DNA of 64,000 bases from Calcarisporiella thermophila CBS 279.70 (taxonomy: Eukaryota > Fungi > Calcarisporiellomycota): NCBI RefSeq assembly GCF_041956535.1, contig NW_027192194.1:1050976-1114975 (forward strand), in the 5' to 3' direction. The notes beneath the pieces were generated by a model. That model did no database searches. It was not told the DNA's origin and worked only from the letters and a program-made list of their open reading frames with translations. Made by a program: the position numbers and the translations under genes. Below, piece after piece: positions 1 to 13,800 of the stretch; positions within the stretch are counted from its first letter, which is position 1; the number at the start of each line of letters is the position of its first letter.

Positions 1-166
1 GAGGCAGGCCACCCTAGCCCTCTTCTCTTCTGAAGCAGCAGTTGTCTTCTGAAGGCATTTCGCAGCCGGCTAAGCCACCGCTGCGCTGAAACTCGGCCAA
101 GGTTGGGGGAGAGCAAATAGATTCCCTCTCTTCATCGTCCCTCTCCGCCAGCGAGCTCTTCCCGCC

Positions 167-2023
167 ATGCCTGACAGCCTCTTCGGATCGGACGCTTCCG
201 ATAACGAAGACCACCATACCTCCAAAATCGCTCAGACAAGAGACAATGCGCACGCCCCCGAACCATCGCCCAATAATGGCGATTTCCCCTCCGTAAACGA
301 TACTGATCGAATGGCGGCCGATCCTCAATCCGATGCCGAGGCCGCATCTCCACGCAGTGTACAAAGCAATCTTTTTGGATCCGAGGATTCAGACGTCGAA
401 GACGGGGCGCCCGCCCCAGCTGACGCCGCCTCTTTCGAGAATTCAAAATCGAATGATTTATTCGAGGGCAAAGAAAACGAGGACGATGCAAGTGCAAAAC
501 ATGCAGAAAGAAAACTGAGGGACGACTTGTTTGGAAGCGATGATGAAGATGAGAAAGAGGATGAGGATGACATGATGGAACGGAGAAGAGAAAAGGAGAA
601 GGAGAGATTCCAATACCCGATGGAGGACGAGGAGGATATGAGCGAGGAGGAGCAGGAGGAGGAAAAAGTGGGATATATCGAAATGGTGGATGGAAAGCCC
701 CCTAGATCGTCAGAAGACAAGGTTAGTGATTTAGTGAACATGTTGCTTGTAGGGCAGACCCACTTACTCACTAGGAGGCGCACAGTATTATTTTTGTAAA
801 TTGCCCAAATTCCTCTACACAGAAACGGCCCCCTTTGATTCTGACGCGTACGAGCCATACGAGCCCGAAGAGGAAGAGCGCATTAGCTCAGCGTCGCAAA
901 GAATTAAGTTACTGGTGGAAAATACAATTCGTTGGAGAGAGAGGATGGATGAGAACGGAAACATGGTAAGCGATTTGATAGCGCGGCACGACTTCACGAG
1001 CTATTAAGATCATGTTTTCTCATTTCTGGCGCTTTTGTAGGTCAAGCAATCCAATGCCCGGTTTGTTCGCTGGTCCGATGGTTCCACCTCGCTGCTTCTG
1101 GGCGACGAGCTCTTCCAAGTGACCACTGCAGAAACCACGAAGAATGACCACCTTTTCCTCGCCTCAGTGCGCCGCGCAAACGCACAGATCCTAGGAACCG
1201 ATGTTGCGCTGACCCACCACATGATGTTCAAACCCTATGGCACCAGCAGCCAAACCCATCTCAAACTAACGGCCGCGATTGCCGGAAAACATAGCAAAAG
1301 TGTCAAGGCCCGAATGCACAATTTACTTGAGGACCCAGAGAAGATCAAGCTGGAAATGGAAAAGGTAAAGGATCGACTTGCTCTCTATGTTTTTTTATTT
1401 AATTCGCCGACTCTTCATCTTTTATTCATACGTTTGGGGGTTTATTACAGAGAGAAGCAGAAAGGCTCAAGATGCTGCGAAAGCAGGAGAACCAGCAACG
1501 TGCTCGGGCAGCAAGGTATTCTGTTGGCATGCCAGGCTCTCGTGCCGACGTTTTCCGCGACTACGGCGATTTGCCATTGCGCCGTGTTGGCCGGTTTGCG
1601 ACCGAGGATGGCTATGACGAGGACGATTTTGTCGTGGGTGATGAAGAGGAAGAAGAGGACGAAGAGGCAGAGCGAAGAAAGGCAGATCGACTGAACCATC
1701 TGAAGAGGTCGGGAATGGAGCGATATAAGGAGCGTCGTGAAGCAGAGGAGGAAGAGGAGGAAGAGGAAGAGGACGATGAAGACTTTGTCGCAGGAGGAGA
1801 AGAGGAAGGGGATGAAGGGGGAGAAGAAGAAGAGGAGGAGGAGGAGGAGGAGGAACGAGTAGAAAGGAGGATGGATACGAGGAGAAGATCGCCGACCAAG
1901 AGGCGCACCCCCGAGCCTGAATTTGAGGCGGGAGAGGAGGTGGAGGAGGAGGATGAAGAGGAGAGGGTGATGATGCGAAAAGGAAAGCGGAGGCGTGTGC
2001 TTAGCGAAGACGAGGACGAATAG
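167..2023 (+). CDS. LEO1: Paf1 complex subunit Leo1 (4 exons; introns ~722-785, 966-1040, 1365-1450)
   Basis: Acidic N-terminus with repeated LFGS motifs. The spliced core reads KLPKFLYTETAPFD...VENTIRWR...SNARFVRWSDGSTSLLLGDE, the Leo1 signature. Acidic C-tail. Confidence 0.9.
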
Positions 2024-2338
2024 AATAAACAAAAACTACACTTTTTTCTTCCCTTTCAAAAATAGTTTTCAATTACTTTCACGTTTTATCATCGAGGATG
2101 TCTGTTACTTGTATTAATACATGCGGTTTTTTCTTTGCAGACTCGTCAATTCTGGCACTCCTGCGGATGCACGTGCTGGTCTATTTGGTATAAGCTTCGC
2201 CCAGGCCAATCAGCTCGCGAAATTAAAGTTGTCTTTAAGTTTTGTTGAGGGGACCCCTTTACTCTTTGCTTTGGTTCTCTTGACGAAAACTATTCTCCCA
2301 CCCCCTGCTCCTCATCCTCCCCGCACCTGCTTCTCAAA

Positions 2339-3725
2339 ATGGCCAACTCCTCTGAATATGTTCTCTTTGTGATGGGCAATCCTCTCCTGGATATTCAGGC
2401 CAAAGTCGATGAGGATTTTCTGAACAAGTGACTTTCCGTTGCTGTCCACATCAAAACACGCATACCATGCTTACTACTTTTCAAATCATCCTTCTATTTA
2501 CAGGTACTCGCTTAAGGCCAATGACGCCATCCTGGCTGCGGAGCACCACATGCCAATGTGAGTAGGATCTCAGCCTACATGGAATTCTCCCTCGAAAAGC
2601 ATGTTAACCTATTTTGGCTCTCTTCTCCTAATGTAAATATTAGCTATGATGAACTTGTGGAGAAATACGAAGTTGCGTATGTCGCTGGCGGTGCTGCTCA
2701 GAATGCCGCTCGTGGAGCTCAGGTATGTCTAGAAGGCGCTTGATATTGTAGATACTTCGATATAAATCGATCCATCTCTCTGCGTTCTAGTACTTGCTTC
2801 CCCCCAATTCCACTGTTTACGTCGGATGTGTCAGCAACGATTCCTACGGTGAACAGCTCCGCAAGGTCAGTAATGCAGCGGGTCTTCGTACCGAGTACAT
2901 GATTACCGAGGAAACCGCTACCGGAACTTGCGCTGTTCTGATCACCGGCCATCATCGCTCCATGGTCACTCGTCTTTGCGCGGCCGAGAAATTCTCCGTT
3001 GATCACCTCAAGAAGCCCGAGATCTGGAAGTTTGTAGAGGGAGCCAAGTATTATTACATCGAGGGATATTTCTTGACAGTATCGATCGAAAGTATTCTTA
3101 CTATTGCGGAACATGCCGCCGAGAACAACAAGGTAAGTTTAGGGTCGCTTTTCACTACTATATGTCGAGGACATCAACACGGATAATGGCATTACAACAC
3201 GTTTGGCATTGACTTTTATTCTCCCTATCGCTGTAGCTCTTTACTATGAACTTGTCCGCCCCCTTCCTTCCGACCTTTTTCAAGGAGCAGATGGAGCAAA
3301 CCATCCCCTACTGGGATATTGTGTTCGGTAACGAGAGTGAGGCCGAAGCCTTTGCCGCTTCGCAGGACTGGGAGACTCGCGATGTCCGCGAAATCGCGCT
3401 TCGCATTGCCAAGCTTCCCAAAAAGAACACTAGGCGGTCTCGCATCGTCGTCTTCACCCAGGGCACCCTACCCACCATTGTCGTCACCGGTGAGGGCGAG
3501 GTGAAGGAATACCCTATCCTGCCAGTTAAGCCCGAGGACATCGTCGACACGAACGGTGCTGGTGATGCCTTCTGTGGTGGCTTCTTGGGAGTCATCGGAG
3601 ACAAGACCGACATTGACATTTCCGAGTGCGTCAAGGCTGGACACTGGCTAGCTCATCACTGTGTGCAGCGGTTGGGACCCAAGTACCCAGAGCCGGAGGA
3701 GAACATCAAATACCAGCCATACTGA
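2339..3725 (+). CDS. ADO1: Adenosine kinase (PfkB family), multi-exon
   Basis: Motifs MGNPLLDI, AGGAAQNAARGAQ, MNLSAPF, FGNESEA and the PfkB signature DTNGAGDAFCGGF. Confidence 0.95.
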
Positions 3726-3983
3726 GTAAAAAGAGGCAACTAGGTGCTTGACAGGAAATGCGCAATAATCACTTCAAAAATCCAAAGTGTTTATTTTCTA
3801 ATTTTTAAGACAATAAAGAATCCTCCCACTTTCACTTGATTAAGCTGTTTTACGGGCTCGTTTTCGGGCCGAGCCTATTGAGATCGCTGCGCCCCCCAAA
3901 CGTTTCAGCAGCTATGAGTTGCACCTGAAAATGTTGGAGGATATCCAGTAATAGCTGAGTATTGGTTGATCAACATCGACAAT

Positions 3984-5550
3984 ATGCATCCTACGACTAA
4001 AAAATACGTCGCCGATGGTAGGTGTTCGCCATTTTCATCGACCTCTGCCTGTCCTATGGGCTGATGGATAAGAAGAGGGAGGTGGGATGGGCATAGGTTT
4101 CCTTTTAGGGATCTAGTTGGGATGCCAAGTGGATCTGTTTGGACCCCATTCCTAGCTAACATTCCCATTTGACACTGCTTTCTAGTGGCCCTATTCGCAA
4201 TCTCGCAGGTAGCCTTTTACTTTGCATTCAAGTATATTCTTTCAGCAGCCGATCCCATGCGAGGGAAGAAGAAGGATGCCAAAGTTAAAAGCAATAAGAT
4301 ACTAGGAAGACTTGGGGTACATGTTTCCGTTTAACCGCTCTGTATCTGACCCTTGCTAATTGGGAGTTATCATTCTGACTGAATTCTTTGCCATAGATCA
4401 AGGATCTCCGATTAAGCGAACACGAGGAGATTATTGCCTCTGAGGTGGTGCATCCTGATGACATTGGTGTCACTTTTGCCGGTATGTAGCTATTGATTCA
4501 CGTGCATGTCCCAAATCGATGGATCCATGACCTCTTGTGAATGTGGCTTTAGAAATCGGTGGGCTCGATCCTGTCATCCAAAACCTGAGAGAATCCGTCA
4601 TCTATCCCCTTTGCTACCCGCAGCTCTTTACGAATGCTTCTGGGTTGCTAGGCGCCCCCAAGGGTGTGCTACTGTATGGCCCCCCAGGTGAATAGGACTA
4701 GTGCCGAATGAGTGGTGTTGGTTTGATGTGGGCACTAAGCTGTCTGTCGATTTGCTTGATGGTTAGGATGTGGCAAAACCATGCTCGCCAAGGCCTTGGC
4801 TAAGGAGTCGGGCGCTACCTTCATCAATATGCGCGTCTCCACTCTCACGGACAAATGGTTTGGCGAGTCGAATAAGCTCGTGGCGGCCCTGTTCTCGCTT
4901 GCCCGCAAACTCCAGCCCAGCATCATCTTCATCGATGAGATTGACTCTTTTCTGCGCGAGCGCCGCTCGAGCGACCATGAGGTCACCAGCATGATGAAGG
5001 CCGAGTTCATGAGCTTGTGGGATGGGCTCATGACGGGAGAGGACTCGCGGATCATGGTACTTGGAGCCACCAACCGGCCCAACGATATCGACCAGGCTAT
5101 TCTGCGTCGGATGCCGAAACGCTTCGCCATCCCGCTCCCGAACGAGGAACAACGCAAGAAGATTCTTTTGCTGGTAAGTTCTTTCTCTGGGCATTCCCGT
5201 CCCCTTTCCACAGAATCCCGTAGTAATGCCTCCCTTATCATCTTATCCTAAAGCTCCTGAACGAGGTTCCGCTCGAGCCCGGATTTGATGTGGAGAAGCT
5301 TGTGCGCCTCACCGACCGCTTCTCGGGAAGCGATCTCAAGGAGATATGTCGGAATGCAGCCATGGTGCCCGTCAGGGAATATTTGCGTACCGCTGGGGAC
5401 GGCAGCGGTGACCTAAATAATGTTGACATTAAGGCAGGGGACATGCGGCCGCTTAAACTAGAAGATTTCTTCCATCACGACCCAAACTATGAGCACTCGT
5501 CAGCACATGTTCTGACACCGATCATGGATGATATGCCTGCGCTTGATTAG
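3984..5550 (+). CDS. MSP1: Mitochondrial/peroxisomal outer-membrane AAA+ dislocase Msp1/ATAD1, multi-exon
   Basis: N-terminal TM segment ([17 protein letters not shown]), then [14 protein letters not shown]. Walker A GPPGCGKT is split by an intron. Also [12 protein letters not shown], Walker B IIFIDEID and [10 protein letters not shown]. Confidence 0.93.
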
Positions 5551-5936
5551 ACATCCCTTTCTCCCTATATTATTTTTATTTTGTTTTATTAGCCTTTTTT
5601 TATTGGATTATACACATATATCCTCGATCTCTTAACTTTTTTCTTTTTCTTTTTTCTTTGTATGATTCAAATCCTTAGAGTTATCCTTTGAAGCTTTTTC
5701 ATGGATTTTAATTTTTTTTTATCTGATAATTTACGCATCATTGTAAAAGTGCTATTTTCTCTTTTCTTTTCTTTAAAAAAAAAATAGCAAAATAAAATAG
5801 AATGAAAAGTAAATTACGTATATTAAGCGGGGAAATGAAAAAATTAACATACATAGGGTTTTAGCATACAGATGAAAAGGAGGTAACAGATTAAGTATAT
5901 CTAAAAGCTACAATATAAAACTCCGTGGATCACCCA

Positions 5937-8900
5937 TTATTCTTCGTCATCCTCGTCGTCCTCTTCCTCGTCGTCATCGTCCTCCTCTCCTTCACTGCTC
6001 AACAGCTCCTCCATTTCTTCCTGTAGCTTTGCAATTGTCTCTGCCTTTTTACTTCTCGGAGTATGCCCCCGTTTATTGACCGCCTGCACCTCTCTATCAC
6101 GCTCTGCCTCTTCTTCCTCCTCATCCTCGTCAACTTCTTCTTCATCCTCCTCCTCTTCCTCACTCGACTCTTCAATGACACGTTTAATCCTATTGGATTT
6201 AGAACTTCTTGGAGGCTGCTGTCTCTGCGGTGTTTTCTCTTTAGCCTGGTTTTCGTTTGCCTCTTCCTCCTCTTCTTCCTCTTCTTCCTCCTCCTCGACA
6301 TCTTCCTCATCGCTCGACTCTCCTGATGGCTCCTCAACTACGCGGTTGATTTTATTCGATTTTGCGCTCCGAGGAGGTAGTTGTCGCGGAGGAGGGGGCG
6401 TCCTTTCTTCCATATCCGACTCACTCTCCTCTTCTTCCGAGGAAATCTCTTCTCTCACCTTCTTGGTTCTATTAGATTTTGCGCTTCGAGGAGGCTGCTG
6501 TTTGGGTGGCGGGGGCGTTTTGTCCTCATCCTCATCGGAGCTAGTATCCTCCTGTTCCGAGTCCGATAATGTCTGGAGGAAATTGCGGATCTCAAGGAAT
6601 TCTTCACTGCTCGCAAACGCATCTGTCATGTCAACACCAGAGTAGGAGGAGAGCTTAGCCATAAGTCGGTGGATTTGTGTCTCGAATTTGGTGAAGGCAT
6701 TGCGGGCAATAGAATCCGTTATTGGGCGTTTCTAGATCAAAAAAGTGAGTGCTAGATTAGTTTACCTTTGAAAGAAGGAAAAACAAGAAAGAAATACCCG
6801 TTTTAAAGAGGCTGATAAAAGAATAAGCTTTTGCAGCTGTAACATACTGGCTTCTTCTACCCATAGTCGGTTGAGAATCTGACATAGGATTTTTCGTGAC
6901 GCGGCTAAGCAATATAAGGTACAAGAAAATCGTATTCAGTGGAAGGGGCCGATTGAGTGAAAGTTGCAACGGGTACTCACCACCTTGCTCGACAAAAATT
7001 CCCTTCAATATCTCAATTGCAATGTCTGCCTGGAGGCCTTGGTTCCCATTCGCTTTCTGATTAAAACTATTGAATTTCCGTGACAGGGATAGCCCAGTCA
7101 ATAAAGATCGGGTCAAAATACTCTCCCCCAATAGTGGCCACTTACTTGATAAGCTTTCTTGGGTCTGTCCAGTCCACCAGCTGCGATCCTATTTGTAGCG
7201 GAGGCACCATGCTCTCTTTGTGATGCTTATGCAGCTTGAAGACATGAAGTAGTACGGGCACGAAGATTTCAGCCATGACTGTTTGGTTCTCCGCGGAGGA
7301 ATGGCAAAATACGGGCACGAAGTAAGATAGGCACTGGCGAAGACGGAGGTTGGAAGCAGTGCCGGGGTCAAAGTACAGGATCAACATGGTACGCAAAAGC
7401 TATTGCAGAGCATCGATTTTAGTGCATACAAGAATGTGCCGTTGGCGCGTCATTCGAACCTACCTTCTCCTCTCGCATCATTTTGGTAAGCATTAGCTTG
7501 GCGGTTCCCTCGACCGCAATTGCCTGGAGCTCAGGAGTACCTTGCTCGAGCACGAACTTTAGCATTTTGCGAATATCATTGGGCTAGAAAGCAATGGTGG
7601 GTCAGCTTTCACTTGGCTTGGGCAAGAAGATAAAAAAAAACACGAAGAGAAAAGAATACCTGGGCAGTTTGGGCGGTAATGGTGCTGTATCCGTAGGCCA
7701 TGATGATATCGAATACAACCTAAAATCATGAAACGTTAGCGAAAGAAAGCAATGAATGCACGAAATAAATCGGCACCTTGAGACATTTTAGTTGGAGATC
7801 GGCGTGCCCATTGAGAACACAGTATATAAACATCTGGATATTTTGGAATGCAAGCGTCTACATGGTAACAAATTTGTTTTAACACAGAGAACGCTCAATA
7901 CTGATGGAGGGCGAGGACACTCACCCTGTCTAGAATGCAGAAGAGTCCCAAGCAATAAAGGCCCTCCTCCCTCATGATGGGCTCCATGCTTCGAACTGCA
8001 GGAATCACCAGCTCGCTCAGCAATCCATAGAGGGTTGAGTTATCGCACAGAGGCTACAAGATGGCACTCAGTTAAAAACTCAGTTGCAAAATAGATTTAC
8101 ATTTTTTTGCTACCTCTTCACTTTTCTCCAACATCCTTCGAACGATCAGCAGGCACTTCAAATGTGCCAGCGCCGCCGTTGCAGCTTTCTCCTCCTTGGT
8201 TTTTTCATCCTCCTCCTCCTGGTCTCTATCGAGATCACTTGAAGCCTTTCGTTTATTCGAACCCGGGCTTATGTTTTCCTGGTCGTCTAACGTATCTTCA
8301 CTTGTTGATTCGACAATTTCCGATATAATTTCGACCATAAGTCTGCGTGAACTGTTAATAAAGCAACGAGAACTGGACACGAAAAATAAGCTTACCGAGT
8401 AAAATCCTGCTCTTTTGACGATAGTTTTCTCATAATATCAACGATGCTCTCGACATGATCATCGGGGGTGTCGGGTAAAACAAGAAGTTCCCCTATAGCG
8501 AAGAAGGAAAAGAAATATTTAACAAGAATCCTTATTCAAACTGGCATCAATGAGTAAACTTACGAAGTAAAATGAACATTTTACGCCGTCCTATCTCGTC
8601 CGAGTAGTCCAGCTGTTTCGCGATTTGTAGCAGTTGCCCTACGATAAATTCATAATCCTCATGCAAATCTTGGTCCGTCTCCTGCATCAGATTACTATAT
8701 TTCTGAATATAGAAGGCTTGGCGTGTTACTTCGGGCATCACCTGGTCCATTTTTTCCTCCATCTTGATATCAACACGCGTTAGATTGTAGATTCAGATCA
8801 AGAAAGACAAAAGTCATCCTCTATGGATAGTACCTTGTTATCCTTTAAGTGCTGGAATAATACGCGGACCAGGAATGCGCTTTCCGTTGTAAGGTTATCC

Positions 8901-10364
8901 CAGAAATTGACTATCAAGATTTGAGCCACTTAGCAAATCACATCTACCGAGAAGCACATAAAGAGCCTACAGTCCAACTCAAGTCCTTCAATGATATCTG
9001 GGCGTGATTCAAAGAACGCCAGCAAAACGGGCTCGGCAACCTCTTTATTCGTAACGTCTAAACGTTCCAAGAACTGAATGGTGGAAGAATCAAAAACGCA
9101 AAATGGAAGTATTTTAGGGCATTGGAGCATATGGTCCAAAGAGTCATTTCACAAACCTCAAGCAAATTACTATTTGCATGTTCGATCCAACTTGATGTCA
9201 ACATTTGGGCACATGCTTTCTTCACCGGCTGATCTCTGAAAACGTCATAAGCGATAAGTCAATTGGCTATAATACACTTTTTGTAAACTGTGAAAAACCT
9301 GTCTGTCAGCCCGTTGAGTAGCACCTGTTCTCGTTGAGATAGATTTAGCATTCTAAAGTCGACAAGTTCGCTCAGGGGGTGAAGAAATACAGCACGTCGA
9401 GTGATCGCATCAATGTCACGAGAACGTTCTACTATTGAGGGGATGGTGTCCTGGTTGACTTCAATATTATTGAGAACAGTACGACGGACCTCGCTAACGC
9501 AAAAGACCAAATAATATTAAAACGAATAGTCAAATCCAAAGTCAATACAAGAATCCCTACGCGCTCGGGTCAAAGCGAATCATATGTGTGAGCCGCTTCG
9601 TCACAATTTTATTCTCTAATGTGCCTTCTTCATCAGTTTCCTGTAGCCGCGTAAGTGCGATAGCAGCTTGTACACGAATAGCCGCCTCCTTGTCTCGCAC
9701 GCGTTCAACAAGAGCATTCTGGAGTTCTTGGAACAAATCTTCGCTATTGCAGATATACATATATATAACTACTGGAGGTAGCTCTATAATAGTAGTGACA
9801 CTCACTCTATCGCTCCCAACAAACTGACGCTTAGAGCTATTAGCTGACAGACCCGAAGTCGCACGTTTTTGTCTTTTGCATGCATACCCTTGAGCAGATG
9901 TCTGACCAAGAATTCAGCCGTGCGAGATGAAGGAGTCTCCTCCTCTTCATCGTCATCCATAGGCTCTTTCTCCACTTCATCACCATTTTCCTTCCCGTTC
10001 GTCTTGCTTTTTAGATCTACATAAACAAGAGAGTGTATACAATTCTACTGTTGGACTAAACATAAGCTGGCAGTGGTGGTTGCTCACCCTTCTCCCGGCT
10101 ATACTGCATGAAAATTCCCAAAAATTTTACAATCTTCTCCGCAAATGGATCACGCCGTTTGACAGCCAAAATTCTGTTAATGTTACGCACAAGCTCTGAA
10201 TGAAAAGCGTGCTCACCACGCTCACCAGATGCATTAAGGCATTGTTCCTGGATTTTGCGCAAGGCGACTGCGTAGTTACGTTGCGATGAAGCGCGTTGAC
10301 ACTCTTGAAAGATAACCGGAATGGATTGTGAGAGTGTGGGTAGGGGATCTTTTTTGGGCACCAT
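5937..10364 (-). CDS. YCG1: Condensin non-SMC HEAT subunit Ycg1/CAP-G/Cnd3, many exons
   Basis: Motifs ERVRDKEAAIRVQAAIAL, DPSAEVRR, LDYSDEIGRRKM and LILYFDPGTASNLRLRQCLSYF. Long acidic C-tail. Confidence 0.9.
6170..6530 (-). repeat. Three imperfect in-frame basic repeats (TPxxxxQxPPRS[A/S]KSN...EE) separated by acidic tracts in the Ycg1 tail
   Basis: KTPPPPKQQPPRSAKSNRTKKVREE / RTPPPPRQLPPRSAKSNKINRVVEE / KTPQRQQPPRSSKSNRIKRVIEE in ORF 5937..6662. Confidence 0.85.
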
Positions 10365-10404
10365 TACGATGATAGTAGCATTGAATCTTGATCTATTGGT
10401 TTTA

Positions 10405-10463
10405 ACGCGTCCTTTTTTTTTTAAAGACGAAGTGTGGCTTGTTGATTCTTTAAGAATACGCGT
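10405..10463. promoter_or_regulatory. Two MCB-like elements (ACGCGT) upstream of YCG1
   Basis: ACGCGT at 10405-10410 and 10458-10463, about 40-100 bp upstream of the start codon. Confidence 0.55.
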
Positions 10464-10869
10464 TTCTTCATATAATACAAAATCGATCGAACATCCAAAG
10501 TCTAAGTACTAAATTTTGAGTAATTGGAATCGATATAGACTAAGGAAAAAAAAAAAAGAAAATAAAGATAAAAACAAACAGCAAACAATAAAAGACCTAA
10601 ATAAAACACATGGAGAAATAGTATCGGAAAGAGAAACACAGTTTAGAACGAATACAATCCACATGAAAGCAGGATAGGGAAATATTTAGTGAATAGAGGT
10701 AATAAAATAAGAACTGACAAGGATAGGAGAAGTAGTATCACAAATAATATAGAACATCAGAGAGTAATAAACACAGTGTAGTTTTCTCGTTGCTTGCCGA
10801 AAAATTTCTTTTAGAGTAATAGATGGTAAATATAGGAACGATCCCGAAAAAGGCTCCTTTGAGCAGCCT

Positions 10870-13800
10870 TCACACTATCCAAATCTTCGTATTATTGGAC
10901 TTGGCCATACTCCCGCTCGCAAGGAAGTGTCGCCCACTTTCATCCCCACTCGAGCTACACGCCAGCGCAGCAACCACTCCCGTCTGGGCCTGCGGAACGG
11001 GAATGGGATCCGTACCTTCCTGTGAACCGGCCATTTTCCCGCCGGTTTGCCCGGCACCCTCGAAATTCCACACGTAGATCACCTCATAATCGCCGAAGGC
11101 AACGCGCGGCGAACCCGAAGCGCCTCCACCAAGGAATGCGCAGCTGCTAATTTTACCCGTCTGGGGCTGGTATTGATTGACAATCTTATAGTGGGTCGTT
11201 TCCCAGACACAGATGATATCATCTGATGATGTGACAAGATAGGTACCATCCGCTGACCAGTCGATCGAAGTGATATTTTTTAAGTGCGGTGCGGATATGA
11301 TACGTGTCGTGGTGTTTTCCGCCGCAATGCTCTCATCCTTACACGTATTGATATCCACTATGGACAAGGTCGTGGCGAATGCAGCGGCGACTACCGTACT
11401 CGACAGGGGGCGGAAACGCAACGGATTCGCTGGAAAACCGGATTTGGTGGTGGAGGACATGCGAATCGTTTTGACGCACTTAGCGGTTATCACGTTCCAG
11501 ACTTTAAGCTCTCCCTCCGCGTCTAGCGAGATGAATGTGTCGCTTCTCGCAATAGGGCAAAAATCAACCGCTTTGATCTCGGCATTTCCCGTAAAGACAG
11601 CCAGACAGGCCACCGTTGGCGCTCCGGATTTCAGAGCAGTGCCTAGGTCCCAGAGACGGATACTGCGATCATGCGATGCAGTGATCAACAAATGGCGTTC
11701 ATCGGGGCTGAATCGTACAGCAGTGATCTGCTGCGAGTGGTGCCCCTCTAAAGTGAACCGAATGGATTTCTCCTGGACCGACCAGATAAGAACCTAGGAG
11801 TCAACATGGACAAATCAGCACTGAACATCTCACATCCCGACGATTGAGCATTCAAACCTTTTTGTCTAGTCCAGCACTTGCAAGCCATTTGCCATCAAAG
11901 GAAAAGGCACACGCATTCACCTTGTTCGAATGTCCAGCGAGATCAGCGTATAGTTGCAGAGGAAGCTTGTCGCTACCCGAGAATTGGGATCCGTTGCCTC
12001 CCATACCAGCCATATTGGCGAGAAAACCCCCTCCTGACCCAAATATATCTACCTCTCCTAAACCATTGGAATCGTCGCCGCCCGTAAAAATATCAGAAAA
12101 ATCTCCCTCGCCCATCATTAATCGATCCAAATCCTCAACAGAAGAAAGTTTAAGCGCAGGGTTGGCTGCCGCAAAATTGGTAGCATTGTTTGCGACGGAG
12201 GGGTTTGCGTTAGCTCGGTCCAAATTTGGTGCATTGGGCACGGAAGCGATATTTTTTGTGGGCGATGTGTTCTATAATGCAAATAATATTTATCAATGAT
12301 ATATCATAGATCAATACCAATAGTGCATTCACTAAGCATCAATTCAATAAATACCTGGGGTGGTTCATTGGGCAATCTATCATATTTCTGCTGGTCTTGG
12401 CCGTGTGAAGTATTAAAGCTGGCTTTACGATTTTGCTTGGCTCCCTTCTTCTCCTCTTGTGGCTGACCTTGAGGATGAGGTGGTTGACGGGACTGCCCTA
12501 AATGGGGCTGTTGTTGAGGTTGAGATTGTTGCTGGGATTGTTGAGGAGAGGGGTGCTGGGCATTAGCTATCTGTTTCTGAAGAGCGATCTGCTGGTGCTG
12601 CTGGGCCAGCATCTGGGACTGCTGACGCTTAATCGCCATTTGTTGATTTGACATAGCAAACCTCTCATTCGCCATTGTTGCAGCATTAGCCTGTGGGTTT
12701 ATATTACCGGAATGGGGACCAGAAGTATCCGGCGAACGCATATCTGGCACAACCGCATTACCCCCTGAGTTCTGTCGCTCACGTATCATCTGGGCGTTTG
12801 CCATCGGTGATTGAGGTTGTAAATTGTTTCCTAATTATGCATCGTCATTATTAGTCGTAAGATCTTGAATTGAGTCGGGCGAATCACAAACCATTAGCCG
12901 CCGCTTGTGCCATTTGCATCATAATGTACTGCTGTTGTTGTGGCGGTAACCCAGCTGACATTTGCATTGCTGTTATTTGAGATTGACTCAAGCGTTGCTG
13001 TTTCTGCTGCTGGTGCTGTTGTTGTTGCGGCTGCTGCTGTTGCTGTTGCTGTAAATGCTGTTGTTGTTGTTGTAACTGCTGTTGTTGCCGCTGAAACATT
13101 GCCGCTTGGAATTCAGCAATGGCCTGGGGATTCATCTGGTTCGGCATTGGCTGGGGAATGCCTTGGGAGTTCGGTGGCATCATTCCCATTGCTGCCTGCT
13201 GTGGATTCATTCGAGGATTTGACATTGCTCGACGCATCTGCAATTGGTGCAGGTATTGTTGCTAATAAAAGAGTTTGCTCAGCAATAGTTAAAAAAAAAA
13301 CAGAAAGAGGTTTTCTTTTAAACCTGGATATTTTGCATGCTCTGCATGTTTTGAGGAGACTGCGGGTTGATGGGGTACCCTCTAGAGAGCATTTGTTGAT
13401 TCGGATTCATATTGGCTACACATCCAAAGATAAAAATGAAGAGGATACTCGCGGAAAAAAAATAAGAGCTAGAAATACATACGGTCAGCCATGAACTGCT
13501 GCATAGGATTGACAGGCATATTCGGAGTACTAGGCGTTCCAGGAACACCTGGGCTCATGGGTAAACCTGGTGTTGTTGGACCGTTCATTGGAGCGGGACT
13601 ATTCGCATTCGGCATTACAGGAGTATAAGGCACAGAGTTTATACGAGGGCGTTTTGACTCAGGGGGGGATGCACTAGGTTCGTTGTCAATACGTTCAGAA
13701 GACCGCCGTTTCTACAATTGGAAAAGCATGTTCATTAATAAGATTTTAATTTTCAGATGAATGTTTTTACTTACTGCTACCTGGGGCACTGGAACATCAC

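Noticed and set aside
325-2032. Ser/Leu/Phe-rich minus-strand ORFs over LEO1, and similar ORFs over the YCG1 tail
   Set aside because: Antisense artefacts of GAG/GAA acidic tracts.
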